A DNA stretch of 64,000 bases, from contig CAVOGR010000001.1 of NCBI GenBank assembly GCA_963695555.1, positions 256,001 through 320,000 on the forward strand. Direction: 5' to 3'. Of this stretch, positions 50,235 to 58,969 are shown piece by piece. Each line of letters opens with the position of its first letter. Within the stretch, counting starts at the first letter, position 1. The notes under the pieces are model-generated. The model was not told the DNA's origin and searched no databases. It saw only the letters and a list, made by a program, of their open reading frames with translations. This stretch comes from an uncultured Gemmatimonadales bacterium. GTDB taxonomy: Bacteria > Gemmatimonadota > Gemmatimonadetes > Gemmatimonadales > GWC2-71-9. The position numbers and the translations under genes were made by a program.

Positions 50235-52409
50235 CTACGGCCTTGGCGAAAACGGCTCGAGCTCCCCGGCGCGGACCGGGCCTTGGATCACCCGATAGCC
50301 TCCGCCGGTCCTGCTTGGACCTTCAACCAGCCAAATCGGCCGGTTGGCGTAGTGGGCGAGAATCGAGTCGCGCACTTCCGGCGTCCTGTCCCAGGCATAG
50401 ACAGGGCCGTCCGCTTCCCAGTCGAGGGAGTTATACACCGCGGCGGAATGGTAGTCGGGATGGCGTTTTCCTTGGATGAGCACCAGGCTCCGCCCGAACC
50501 CTGCCTCCCGGGCCAGATGGGTAATGCCCGGCCTCATGCCCCGGTAGTGGTGGTACTTGTCGATCGCGCGCCAGGGGACAAATGTCACCAGCGCCATAGC
50601 GGAGAGGGTGAGTACGCCAAGGACGACTCGCCGCTCTGCGAACCGGGCTTGAACGAGGTCCGCGAGAATGATGGCCCCTCGCGCCGTGAGTCCAACGCAC
50701 GGAACGAGGATCAGGTACCAGTAGCGGGCGCCAAAATCCGGACCGCCGCTGAACCAATAGAAACTGTGGATTCCGACCACTGCCAAGGCACTGGTCAGGA
50801 GGAGGTGGTCGCTTCGGTTCATGCGTCTGGAAAACACCGCCAGCAGGACGAGTAGCAACGACCCTGTGGCCCATCCAAACAACTCGACGTTGGTTGCGAA
50901 GAGGTTGAAGTTGGCGTTTACCACCACGTCGACGACCCCGTGTCCGGGTAACGGGTCTAGCCCGCTCCATCCGACACCGCGTTCGGGTCCGAAACCGAGG
51001 GCATTGGTCTTCGGGCCATAGAAGGCGTCAAAGTACTCCATGACTGGGAATACTCGCGCCACTCCGGTGAGGGCCTGGTTGTACCACAGGTTCACCAGCC
51101 CTCCGCCGGCTGCTGCTGCGATCATGCCGGTAATGGCGCCGATCGAGAGTCGCTTGCCTCCGAGACCGATGCTCCAAAGGCCCAGCAGTGCCGCCACGAC
51201 GAGCGCATCGAGTGGTCGAACCAGGCTGATGACGCCCATTGCCCCACCTGCAAGCCAGGCCCACCTGGCGTGGCCGGATGCTCGGCAAGCCTGGACACCG
51301 AGGGCCGCGGTGAGGGCGCATGTCAGGGTGAATTGGTGGGCCATGAAGCTCATGGCCAGGAACAAGCTCCAGGGGGAGCAGGCCAGGAGTACCGCTCCCA
51401 TGCGGGCGGTTCTCCGGTCGTACAAGCGGCCAAGAAGGACGTAGGCGAGCACCACGTTGAGCGCGGCCAAGAGGGGATTGACGATCCAGGGCGCTCCCAT
51501 GCGGACGCCCAACGCCAAGATCGCCGGCCAGCCGGGCGGGAATACCGAGTAGACCTTGTCGGCCCCGAAATAGAGCAGATCGACGCTGAATCCCCCCAGC
51601 ACCGGGGGAGGCGGCAGCCAGAGCATTCCCGCGGCGAAGGTGCGGGCCTGGATCAGGTATGCCACTTCGTCCGGCACGTGGGGGTGGCGCTGATAGGAGA
51701 GAAGGGTGAGGGCCAGGCTCACGACCAAGGTGAATGCGGCGGCCAGGAGGACGAACCGATCGACGCGGGCGCGCCCGTCCTCGGGCGTGACATGGTCGAG
51801 CCCGAGTTGGCCGAGACTGGCAAGACGCCCGGATTCGAGCGCGGGGCCGGGAATGGCCCAGACCGCGAGGAGGATCGTTCCCAGAGCAAGGGCCTGGGCG
51901 TATGTAGCAAGTACGAGCTCGGTCACGGTGGTCGTTATCGATCGCGACACGGTCGCGCTGGCGAGCGCGACGAGCATGCCGATGGCGACGACTCGCCAGG
52001 GCCGGAATGAGCGGCCGATCCAGGTGCGGATCGGAGGCCAGCGCCGGGCGATGCCAACCACGACCAGGACGGTCTGTAGGCCCAACCATCCGCTGAGGAG
52101 CGCGTTCGGGCCCGAGGGGAGTTGGCCCAGGGGGACGAAATGCTGGTAGGCAACGTTGGGCCCCGCGCGGATGAGCTGGAGCGTGACGGCCTGGCCGACG
52201 ATCGCAACCGCGAGCCAGAGTCCGGCTTTTCGGAGGTACCCGGCCCACGTCAGCGCGGCGGCGCCCAGCGCCGCGGCGAGGGCGAAGGCCAGGTTTACCT
52301 GGGGGACCAGAGCGTTCTCGGCGTCCCTGAATCGAGGATCGAGAAGGGCCCACGCCAGGGTGAGGACGGCGGCGGTCCAGAAGAGCCACTTGGGAAGTAC
52401 TGGCCTCAT
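50235..52409 (-). CDS. Large GT-C-like membrane glycosyltransferase (paralog of 33469-35694)
   Basis: Start MRPVLPKW; PHVPDEVAYLIQA, FPPGWP, LVRP, DPLPGHG and GPDFGARYWY. Confidence 0.78.
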   Translation of the reverse strand: MRPVLPKWLFWTAAVLTLAWALLDPRFRDAENALVPQVNLAFALAAALGAAALTWAGYLRKAGLWLAVAIVGQAVTLQLIRAGPNVAYQHFVPLGQLPSGPNALLSGWLGLQTVLVVVGIARRWPPIRTWIGRSFRPWRVVAIGMLVALASATVSRSITTTVTELVLATYAQALALGTILLAVWAIPGPALESGRLASLGQLGLDHVTPEDGRARVDRFVLLAAAFTLVVSLALTLLSYQRHPHVPDEVAYLIQARTFAAGMLWLPPPPVLGGFSVDLLYFGADKVYSVFPPGWPAILALGVRMGAPWIVNPLLAALNVVLAYVLLGRLYDRRTARMGAVLLACSPWSLFLAMSFMAHQFTLTCALTAALGVQACRASGHARWAWLAGGAMGVISLVRPLDALVVAALLGLWSIGLGGKRLSIGAITGMIAAAAGGGLVNLWYNQALTGVARVFPVMEYFDAFYGPKTNALGFGPERGVGWSGLDPLPGHGVVDVVVNANFNLFATNVELFGWATGSLLLVLLAVFSRRMNRSDHLLLTSALAVVGIHSFYWFSGGPDFGARYWYLILVPCVGLTARGAIILADLVQARFAERRVVLGVLTLSAMALVTFVPWRAIDKYHHYRGMRPGITHLAREAGFGRSLVLIQGKRHPDYHSAAVYNSLDWEADGPVYAWDRTPEVRDSILAHYANRPIWLVEGPSRTGGGYRVIQGPVRAGELEPFSPRP

Positions 52410-52432
52410 GGAAGCATCACCGCGTGTTGTGC

Positions 52433-52843
52433 TCAGGCCGTCGGGTCGCGGTTCGTGGACCGCGTTCCTGTCGCCTGGACAGCATTCACCGCATCGTCTC
52501 GAGCCTCCGGAGTCCCTCTGGTCGCATCCTGGATAGCCAGGCTTCGGATGATCTCGGTCACATCGGAGTTCAGCTTGCGGTACTTGTGGTAGAAATAGAC
52601 CACGGAGGCCAGGAACGAGAGCGCAATCAAGTACGAGACGAGGTCGGCTCCACGGCCGATCCCGAAGAACCGCGCAATGGTGTTGGTGAGGTCCGGCTGG
52701 GCGATGGTGATTCCGGCCGCGAGCCACAGGACCATGGAGAGCGCGGCGACCCAGCGGTGACCGTCTCTCCGTAGGAACCGCACGCCACTTCGGAGGAAGA
52801 GCAGTGCCGCAATGGGCACCGCGATCAACTGGAACATGGTCAT
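52433..52843 (-). CDS. DUF2304-family membrane protein
   Basis: Start MTMFQL coupled to the GT2 stop; IARFFGIGRGADLVSY..EIIRSLAI. This family is a typical partner of DPM1-like GT2 enzymes. Confidence 0.8.
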   Translation of the reverse strand: MTMFQLIAVPIAALLFLRSGVRFLRRDGHRWVAALSMVLWLAAGITIAQPDLTNTIARFFGIGRGADLVSYLIALSFLASVVYFYHKYRKLNSDVTEIIRSLAIQDATRGTPEARDDAVNAVQATGTRSTNRDPTA

Positions 52844-53541
52844 GGTTTGAGCCTCTCCATCAAGACCTGGGCGGCGATGCGCAGCGCATTCCAGGATGAC
52901 TGGCCCTTGGCGAGGGTCTGGGCTGAGTATCGGATGGTGACGGGGACTTCCCGATAGCGCCACCGGTGCTGGGCTATTTGGTCGAGGATCTCCGAGGCGT
53001 GCGCCATGCGATCCATGGAGATGCGAAGCGACCCGGCTGCTTCTCGACTGAACGCGCGGATGCCGTTGTGCACGTCGGTCACCCGGATTCTGGAAACGAG
53101 GCGGGTAAAGACGATCCCCGCTTTCAGCACCAGCCGTCGTCCGAGCGGCATGTTGTGAGTGTGCCCGAGAAATCGCGAACCCAGCGTCACGTCACAATCA
53201 CCGCTGAGGATCGGCGCAGCCATGGCTTCGATGTCTTCAGGGTCGTGCTGACCATCCGAATCGAAGGTGACGATAACGTCGGCCCCGCGGAGCAACGCGA
53301 AGGTAATCCCGGTCTGCAGGGCAGCGCCTTGGCCACGATTGATCCGATGGCGGAGGAGCATGATCTGGGCGCGGGCAAGAGCCTGGGCGGTCCCGTCGCT
53401 GGATCCATCATCGACGACGATGATGTGCTCGTAGGTTGAGCGGAGCCGATCGATAACTGCTCGGATGGAGGTTGCCTCGTTGAAGGCCGGGACCACGATG
53501 AAGACCCGCGGTCGCTGCGCCACGGGCGAATCATCCGTCAT
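52840..53541 (-). CDS. GT2 DPM1-like polyprenol-phosphate glycosyltransferase
   Basis: VPAFNE, VDDGSSDGT, NRGQGAALQTG, FDSDGQH and GSRF. Confidence 0.9.
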   Translation of the reverse strand: MTDDSPVAQRPRVFIVVPAFNEATSIRAVIDRLRSTYEHIIVVDDGSSDGTAQALARAQIMLLRHRINRGQGAALQTGITFALLRGADVIVTFDSDGQHDPEDIEAMAAPILSGDCDVTLGSRFLGHTHNMPLGRRLVLKAGIVFTRLVSRIRVTDVHNGIRAFSREAAGSLRISMDRMAHASEILDQIAQHRWRYREVPVTIRYSAQTLAKGQSSWNALRIAAQVLMERLKP

Positions 53542-55133
53542 TCGCGCTCCAGATCTAAGGGTCCCGCCGCCGGGATGCGGGTCGGATGGTCGGTCCGGAA
53601 CACGACGATCTCAGCCACATAGTTCCGCGACCGATTGCCGATCAGGCGGTCCGTCAGCCTGTACTCCGGCATCACATAGCCCTCGGGAAAGCGAGCGACC
53701 TCACGATAGTCCGAGGGGCCGCGAAAGACCGCCTGCATCGAGTCGACCCACGCCTGGCCGAAGCTGTCGAAGATATTGCGAGAGTCCCTCGGATAGCTGT
53801 TCGGCCGTCCCATACCGCTCAGATAGTGGTTGGCGTCCTTCATGTCGATGACGAGAATGGCCGGCTTTCCCTTGATGGGATACCGGACGTATTCGTAGTC
53901 CGGTAGACCGGCACCCCGCCACCAGATCGTGGTGCCGGAAGGCACGTTGTTCAGAATCCATGTCGCGGCATCGTTGCGGGGGTCCGCAATGAAGACCCGC
54001 TCGCCGTCGAACACGAATGCGGCGAGGTAGAGAAAGAACGGCACCATCAGGAAGGCCGGATGGACGCCGCGCTTCTTCAGTTGATCTCCCAATCTCATCA
54101 GACTCCACCCTGCTGCGATGGCGAACCATGGAATGAAGGTCAGCAGATGGCGTGGGAAATGATCGAGCTTGAAGGCGACAAAGTAGCCGTGGACCAGGAG
54201 TGGCAGAACGGCGACCAGGAGGATCGGGGGGAGTCGCAACCGGTTCTCGCGAGCCAATGCCCGTCGCGCGAGCAGGAGCCCACCGACGAGGCCGAGGATC
54301 GTGACCGGGAGGCTCACCACGCTCGGCAGTTCGACGAAGTAGAGCAGGATGCCTGAGAGGCGATTGTAGACATAGGGATCGCCAATCCCCGTCTTCAGCG
54401 TCACGTAGAGGTCGTGGGGACTGTACGCGCCGAAGTTGATAATGGCCACGCCCGCGACGAAGAACACCGCGGACCGGGCCATTCTCGCGACTCGCGGACG
54501 ACGGAGCAGCAGGATGAGCCCCAAGGTCGGCAAGCCGGCCACGACCAATTTCATCCCGAACGCGACCCCCATCGCGAAGGCGGCCCAGCCCAGGTAGTCG
54601 CGCCGGTCGCCGGGGTCCCGGCCGAGCTCGCGCAAGAGCAAATAGAGCCCGAGCAGGAGCCAGAAGAGGCCCGCCACGTCGGAGACGAAGAAGTGGCTTT
54701 GGGTCACATGGAGGCCACCCAGCGCCATGATGAGCCCGGCTGCCCAGCCGACGCGCCTGTCGTGGAAGAAGAGATTGGTGATGAGCACCACCACAATGAT
54801 CGTGGCCGCTCCGAAGACCACACTCACCAGACGACCCGCGAGAATGACCGTTCGCTTGTACGGCCACTCGCCACCCTTGATATCGAGTTTTCGCACGGCG
54901 AGGGCCGGCACCGCGACCATGGCCGCGAGCCCCTTGGGGTAGGGATGGGGGGTCCAGGTTCCGAAGGTGGAGGGGTCCAGGAGCAGCTTGGTATTGGTCC
55001 AGTGGGTGAACTCGTCTGGGTGGTGGGACTGCCATCCGCCCGGAAAATTCGATCCCCAGTAGACGCCGGGCAGTCGCGCGGCGAGGCCGAGGATGACCAG
55101 GCCTGCGAGAATGAGAATGGTATGTCGTCTCAT
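53538..55133 (-). CDS. GT-C fold (PMT/GT39-like) glycosyltransferase
   Basis: HHPDE loop motif, YPKG, GRLVSV and HVTQSHF; multi-TM. Confidence 0.8.
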   Translation of the reverse strand: MRRHTILILAGLVILGLAARLPGVYWGSNFPGGWQSHHPDEFTHWTNTKLLLDPSTFGTWTPHPYPKGLAAMVAVPALAVRKLDIKGGEWPYKRTVILAGRLVSVVFGAATIIVVVLITNLFFHDRRVGWAAGLIMALGGLHVTQSHFFVSDVAGLFWLLLGLYLLLRELGRDPGDRRDYLGWAAFAMGVAFGMKLVVAGLPTLGLILLLRRPRVARMARSAVFFVAGVAIINFGAYSPHDLYVTLKTGIGDPYVYNRLSGILLYFVELPSVVSLPVTILGLVGGLLLARRALARENRLRLPPILLVAVLPLLVHGYFVAFKLDHFPRHLLTFIPWFAIAAGWSLMRLGDQLKKRGVHPAFLMVPFFLYLAAFVFDGERVFIADPRNDAATWILNNVPSGTTIWWRGAGLPDYEYVRYPIKGKPAILVIDMKDANHYLSGMGRPNSYPRDSRNIFDSFGQAWVDSMQAVFRGPSDYREVARFPEGYVMPEYRLTDRLIGNRSRNYVAEIVVFRTDHPTRIPAAGPLDLERE

Positions 55134-55178
55134 GGCCCAGCACTCCGGCGTCGGGTGTACGTTATGCCGCTCCTTGGC

Positions 55179-57377
55179 CTATCGTGTCGCAGCGTGGAGG
55201 CTCTCTGAGGAAGACGATGTGCGGATTGCGCTTCGAACACAAGAGAGTGGTGGATCCGATAGCATCCCACCGTCGGCTGGAACGGCCATGGTGTTCAGCA
55301 TGTCCTCGAGGCATTCGCGGACGTGCGGCAGTTCTCGTCGGCCCGCCTCGGTCTGGCTGATGTCGACCCGCTCCCACGGGTCGGTCACGACGTTGTAAAG
55401 CTCTTCCTGGTCGTCCCCGGTCTGGATGTAGTGGAGGTTGTCGAGGACTAACGATTTCAGCGGTCCCTGACTGATAGGTTCCCAGGGAGCCGTCCATTTA
55501 TTGGGATTGACCGACGACAGGATCTGGCTCTGGTGAGAGACGGTGTCGGACCAGTAGCGGGACAGCGATGCACCCGGGAATGGTGAGGCCGTTTCTACGT
55601 TGGCGAATTCCATTACGGTTGCGGGGATATCACGAAGACTAACCGGCGTTTGAATGCGCCTGTTCATGGGAATGTGGGACCCGTACACCATGATGAGTGG
55701 AGTGCGGAGCAGCGGAAGATACAGGCTGTTTCCGTGTCCCATGAGACGACTGTCTCGCTCGCCGAATTGCTCGCCATGGTCGGACGTTAGGATAATCAAG
55801 GTATTCGCTAGGAGGCCTTGCGCTCTGAGATTGTTCAGCAGTGCACCAATCTGAGCATCCAGATAATCGAGAGTATTGTCGTATGAGTTCGTCAATTCCT
55901 GGAGTTCTTGGGGCGAGTAGCCCTCGGGCCGCGACAACCAATAGAGATCTTCGGATTGAGAAAGTCTCGACTCCCATGTCTTTGGTGGGAGATAGGGATC
56001 GTGGCTGTCGAAGTAGTTCAAGAACGCGAAGAAGGGCCTGTTCTGGCTCCGCGCCAGCCAATGGAGAAAGCTGGTGTTGACATCTTCTGCCGACCGTCGT
56101 GCCAGGTCCTGGTGGTTTCGAAAGAGCCGTCTGATCGGCGCCGCCAACCTTCGTGCCAGCCACGAATTGCGAACCAACATCCCGAGAGATATCGGATAAT
56201 CGTCGTACCGGACGAAGCCGCGTGCTAACCCCGTCTCACGTGCTGCATAGTAATAGTTTGCGACAAAGCCAGCTGTTGCATACCCGCGCTCTGCGAGGAC
56301 CTCGGCAAGAGTTGGGAAGGCTCCATTGAGTGGGATCATCCAATCGGCCGACAACTCGTGCGGGTGACGTCCGGTAAGGATGCTGGCGTGTGACGGTAAT
56401 GTCCACGCCGAGGGCGCGATGGCCATCTCGAATGTCACACCTGTGCTCGCGAGCTCCTCGAGGAACGGTGTTGTCGGTCGGGCATAGCCGTAAAGGCTCA
56501 TGTTGCTAGCTCGGACCGTGTCGAGTATTAGGAGGAGAATATTTGGGGCACCGGATGCATGTGCCGGGAGGCGCCGGAGTGCTCGCCATTCGGCGACTTC
56601 TTTGTAGAGACTCATCCCGGCCGCAAGGAGAAAGACGCCTCCAGCCAGCCAACCTGTCGAGAACCGAACGAGACGACGGAATTGGACCGACCGCGAGTTC
56701 GTTAAGCGTGTGGCGCTTATAGCCATGCCGAGTGCGAGAATAAGAACGGAGTAGTTATGGAGCCCGAGTTTGGGGAGCCGTAGGAGGGTGTAAGAAGCTG
56801 CAAACACAAAGAGAAGGACTGCGTAGCCTTGGTGAACCGCGCCGCGCCATCGAACAGCGAGCAGGACCGCCAGGCCACCCAACAGGAAGAGTGTCGCCAT
56901 GGTGATCGGCGCCATCCACAACACGTAGGGCGAATAGGCTCGCGAGGGCGGATTTGCCACAGTCCACCGAGCGTAGACAAAGATCCCCTCGAGAAGTCCC
57001 GCCATCCCACCGAGCCAGGCCGTCATACGGAGGAATTCGGTGCCTCTCAGCGGTATGCGTGTGAGCCATCGGTGGGATTCCAGCGCCTTGGCAACGAGGA
57101 GATGTCGGGCTCGCAGGATGGGATAGAGGAGAACCCCGGCGATTCCCAGAGCAAGCGTTACCGTATTGGCGACACGTCTCCAATGCTCCAAGTACTGATC
57201 GAGGCTGCGTGTCGACTGGCCCGTGATGATGTCATTCAGGACGCCGAGGCTCCGGCCGTGGTAGGAAGCGTCGATGAGGGAGGGCACGACCCAACGCGCG
57301 ATACAAAGCCATGCCAGAATGAGGACCGCAAGACACAGCACGAATACTAGGGTAAAACGCCGTGACCCCTGGCTCAC
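55179..57377 (-). CDS. Membrane-anchored sulfatase-fold enzyme, Thr-type
   Basis: Extended N-terminal TM region, then [34 protein letters not shown] and TSDHGE. Confidence 0.85.
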   Translation of the reverse strand: MSQGSRRFTLVFVLCLAVLILAWLCIARWVVPSLIDASYHGRSLGVLNDIITGQSTRSLDQYLEHWRRVANTVTLALGIAGVLLYPILRARHLLVAKALESHRWLTRIPLRGTEFLRMTAWLGGMAGLLEGIFVYARWTVANPPSRAYSPYVLWMAPITMATLFLLGGLAVLLAVRWRGAVHQGYAVLLFVFAASYTLLRLPKLGLHNYSVLILALGMAISATRLTNSRSVQFRRLVRFSTGWLAGGVFLLAAGMSLYKEVAEWRALRRLPAHASGAPNILLLILDTVRASNMSLYGYARPTTPFLEELASTGVTFEMAIAPSAWTLPSHASILTGRHPHELSADWMIPLNGAFPTLAEVLAERGYATAGFVANYYYAARETGLARGFVRYDDYPISLGMLVRNSWLARRLAAPIRRLFRNHQDLARRSAEDVNTSFLHWLARSQNRPFFAFLNYFDSHDPYLPPKTWESRLSQSEDLYWLSRPEGYSPQELQELTNSYDNTLDYLDAQIGALLNNLRAQGLLANTLIILTSDHGEQFGERDSRLMGHGNSLYLPLLRTPLIMVYGSHIPMNRRIQTPVSLRDIPATVMEFANVETASPFPGASLSRYWSDTVSHQSQILSSVNPNKWTAPWEPISQGPLKSLVLDNLHYIQTGDDQEELYNVVTDPWERVDISQTEAGRRELPHVRECLEDMLNTMAVPADGGMLSDPPLSCVRSAIRTSSSSESLHAATR

Positions 57378-58852
57378 TGGGTGTCGTGTCCAGTTTCGAG
57401 TGGAGGTCCATTCAGCGGACCTGCCTCATCATGGGCGGCCCCGTCCCCGGGTGGCGTCGCCGAGTTAGGAGAGCCACTGCAGAGGACGGCGACGATCAAG
57501 AACGGCAGATACCACTCCACGTAGCTTCCCGCCGCGTGCGTTTTCCAGAGCTGCACCCCGGCCGTGAGCGCCGCCGTGAGTCCCGCCAGTTGCGCCACGG
57601 ACCGACCCCGGGCCAGGAAGAATGCTGCCAGACAGCAGGCAGCGTATACCAGGAACGACGGCTTGAGCAGGGAGGATGTTCCCCACAGCGGGACTTGCCA
57701 GAAGGACGCGAGACCCGGGTGGGTGCCCCAAAACCCGAACGCGCTGGCGCCGTATTGGCGGAGCCCGACACCCTCTTGATGTTCGAGGGTGCTCTGGAGG
57801 AACATGGAGATGGCGTTAGTCCCTTCGGGCGCCGGGGTGAACGCAATGACCAGGATGGCGATCGCAAGGCCGGTTCCCACGAATCCGGCGGCAAACCGCA
57901 TGGCCCCTTCCTTCCGCCACACCCGCCACCCCAACCAGGCGGGGAACACGAAGAGCGGGAAGAAGAGCACGCCGACCGCGGCAGCGAGGAGTACCCCGGA
58001 GAGCACGGGTCGCTTCCAGAACATGAACGCCAAGAGCAGCACCGAGACCGGGGCGATGTGGGAGATGAAGGCAAGCCCGCCGACGACAAACTCGTCCCCG
58101 CCAAGGCCCATCACATATGGGCTTGCGGCATAGAGCCCGACGGCGCCCCACCCAACTGCCGGACTCCGGAGATCCCGGACAATGGCGAATAGTGCTCCCA
58201 GCCCCAAGAGGAAGAACGCAAAACAGGTGAGCTGTGTCGCCGCGATCTTCGGGCGGACATAACCCGGGTCCATCGGGTCGGCGTCCGCCGGATTGGATTT
58301 CGTGCCCAGGAGCCACTGGGCAGGAAGGTGGGACGCGTAGAGCAGTGGGCCGTACGTAGCGGCGGCCCCATATCCCGGGGCAGTGGGGCCCTGGAGCTTG
58401 AGATCGCCGTATGGAAGCACTCCCGTTTCCGCCCAGCGGCGGGCACCGAGGTTGGTGTAGTATCCGGCGTCATCGGGCCTGCGTCCGAAGACGACGACGG
58501 TATTGAGGAGGATGATGAGACCGACCAGGGTGCGCAGGCCACGGAGCGGTAGATTCGGGGTCCACTCGAGGGTACTGCCGCGAAGGGCCAGCGCCACGCC
58601 CCAGATCGCATAGCCCGCGGTGGTCAGGTAAATGGCGGTGAAGCCCACCGCTGCGAATCGGCCATCCGACGCATTACCCCACCTGATGACCTCCAGTAGC
58701 AAGACGGCCTGAACCAGGAGCGCCGCAAGAACGAGGTTCCTTCTTGAGAGCGGCGCGTCGAGGTCACCCATGACAACAAAGGCCACGATTGCACCGATCC
58801 AAAAGGCACCGGCGGGATTGGGAACAAAGAACTGGAGGGCGGCCTCGAGCAC
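57374..58852 (-). CDS. Multi-pass membrane protein, GT87/GT-C-like
   Basis: GTG start after GGAG; RPDDAGYY, GVLPYG, TYGPLLY and YVEWYLPF motifs. Confidence 0.68.
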   Translation of the reverse strand: MLEAALQFFVPNPAGAFWIGAIVAFVVMGDLDAPLSRRNLVLAALLVQAVLLLEVIRWGNASDGRFAAVGFTAIYLTTAGYAIWGVALALRGSTLEWTPNLPLRGLRTLVGLIILLNTVVVFGRRPDDAGYYTNLGARRWAETGVLPYGDLKLQGPTAPGYGAAATYGPLLYASHLPAQWLLGTKSNPADADPMDPGYVRPKIAATQLTCFAFFLLGLGALFAIVRDLRSPAVGWGAVGLYAASPYVMGLGGDEFVVGGLAFISHIAPVSVLLLAFMFWKRPVLSGVLLAAAVGVLFFPLFVFPAWLGWRVWRKEGAMRFAAGFVGTGLAIAILVIAFTPAPEGTNAISMFLQSTLEHQEGVGLRQYGASAFGFWGTHPGLASFWQVPLWGTSSLLKPSFLVYAACCLAAFFLARGRSVAQLAGLTAALTAGVQLWKTHAAGSYVEWYLPFLIVAVLCSGSPNSATPPGDGAAHDEAGPLNGPPLETGHDTQ

Positions 58853-58939
58853 ATAATCTCCAACGGTAGGCAGTAGGCGGTTCTGGCGTGCTATGTATTC
58901 GGCGCAGGCGACTTTTCGTCGCACGAGGCCCACTGTGCT

Positions 58940-58955
58940 AGCAGGAACCGTGCCC
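58940..58955 (-). promoter_or_regulatory. Putative sigma-54 promoter
   Basis: Minus strand reads GGGCACG-GTTC-CTGCT, in the gap upstream of 58852. Confidence 0.5.
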
Positions 58956-58969
58956 AGCCTGGTCCGGGC

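Noticed and set aside
13332..52727. Extended N-termini in the ORF track (13332, 40379, 48592, 52727 and similar)
   Set aside because: They overlap real upstream genes; downstream starts with an RBS or stop-start coupling fit better.
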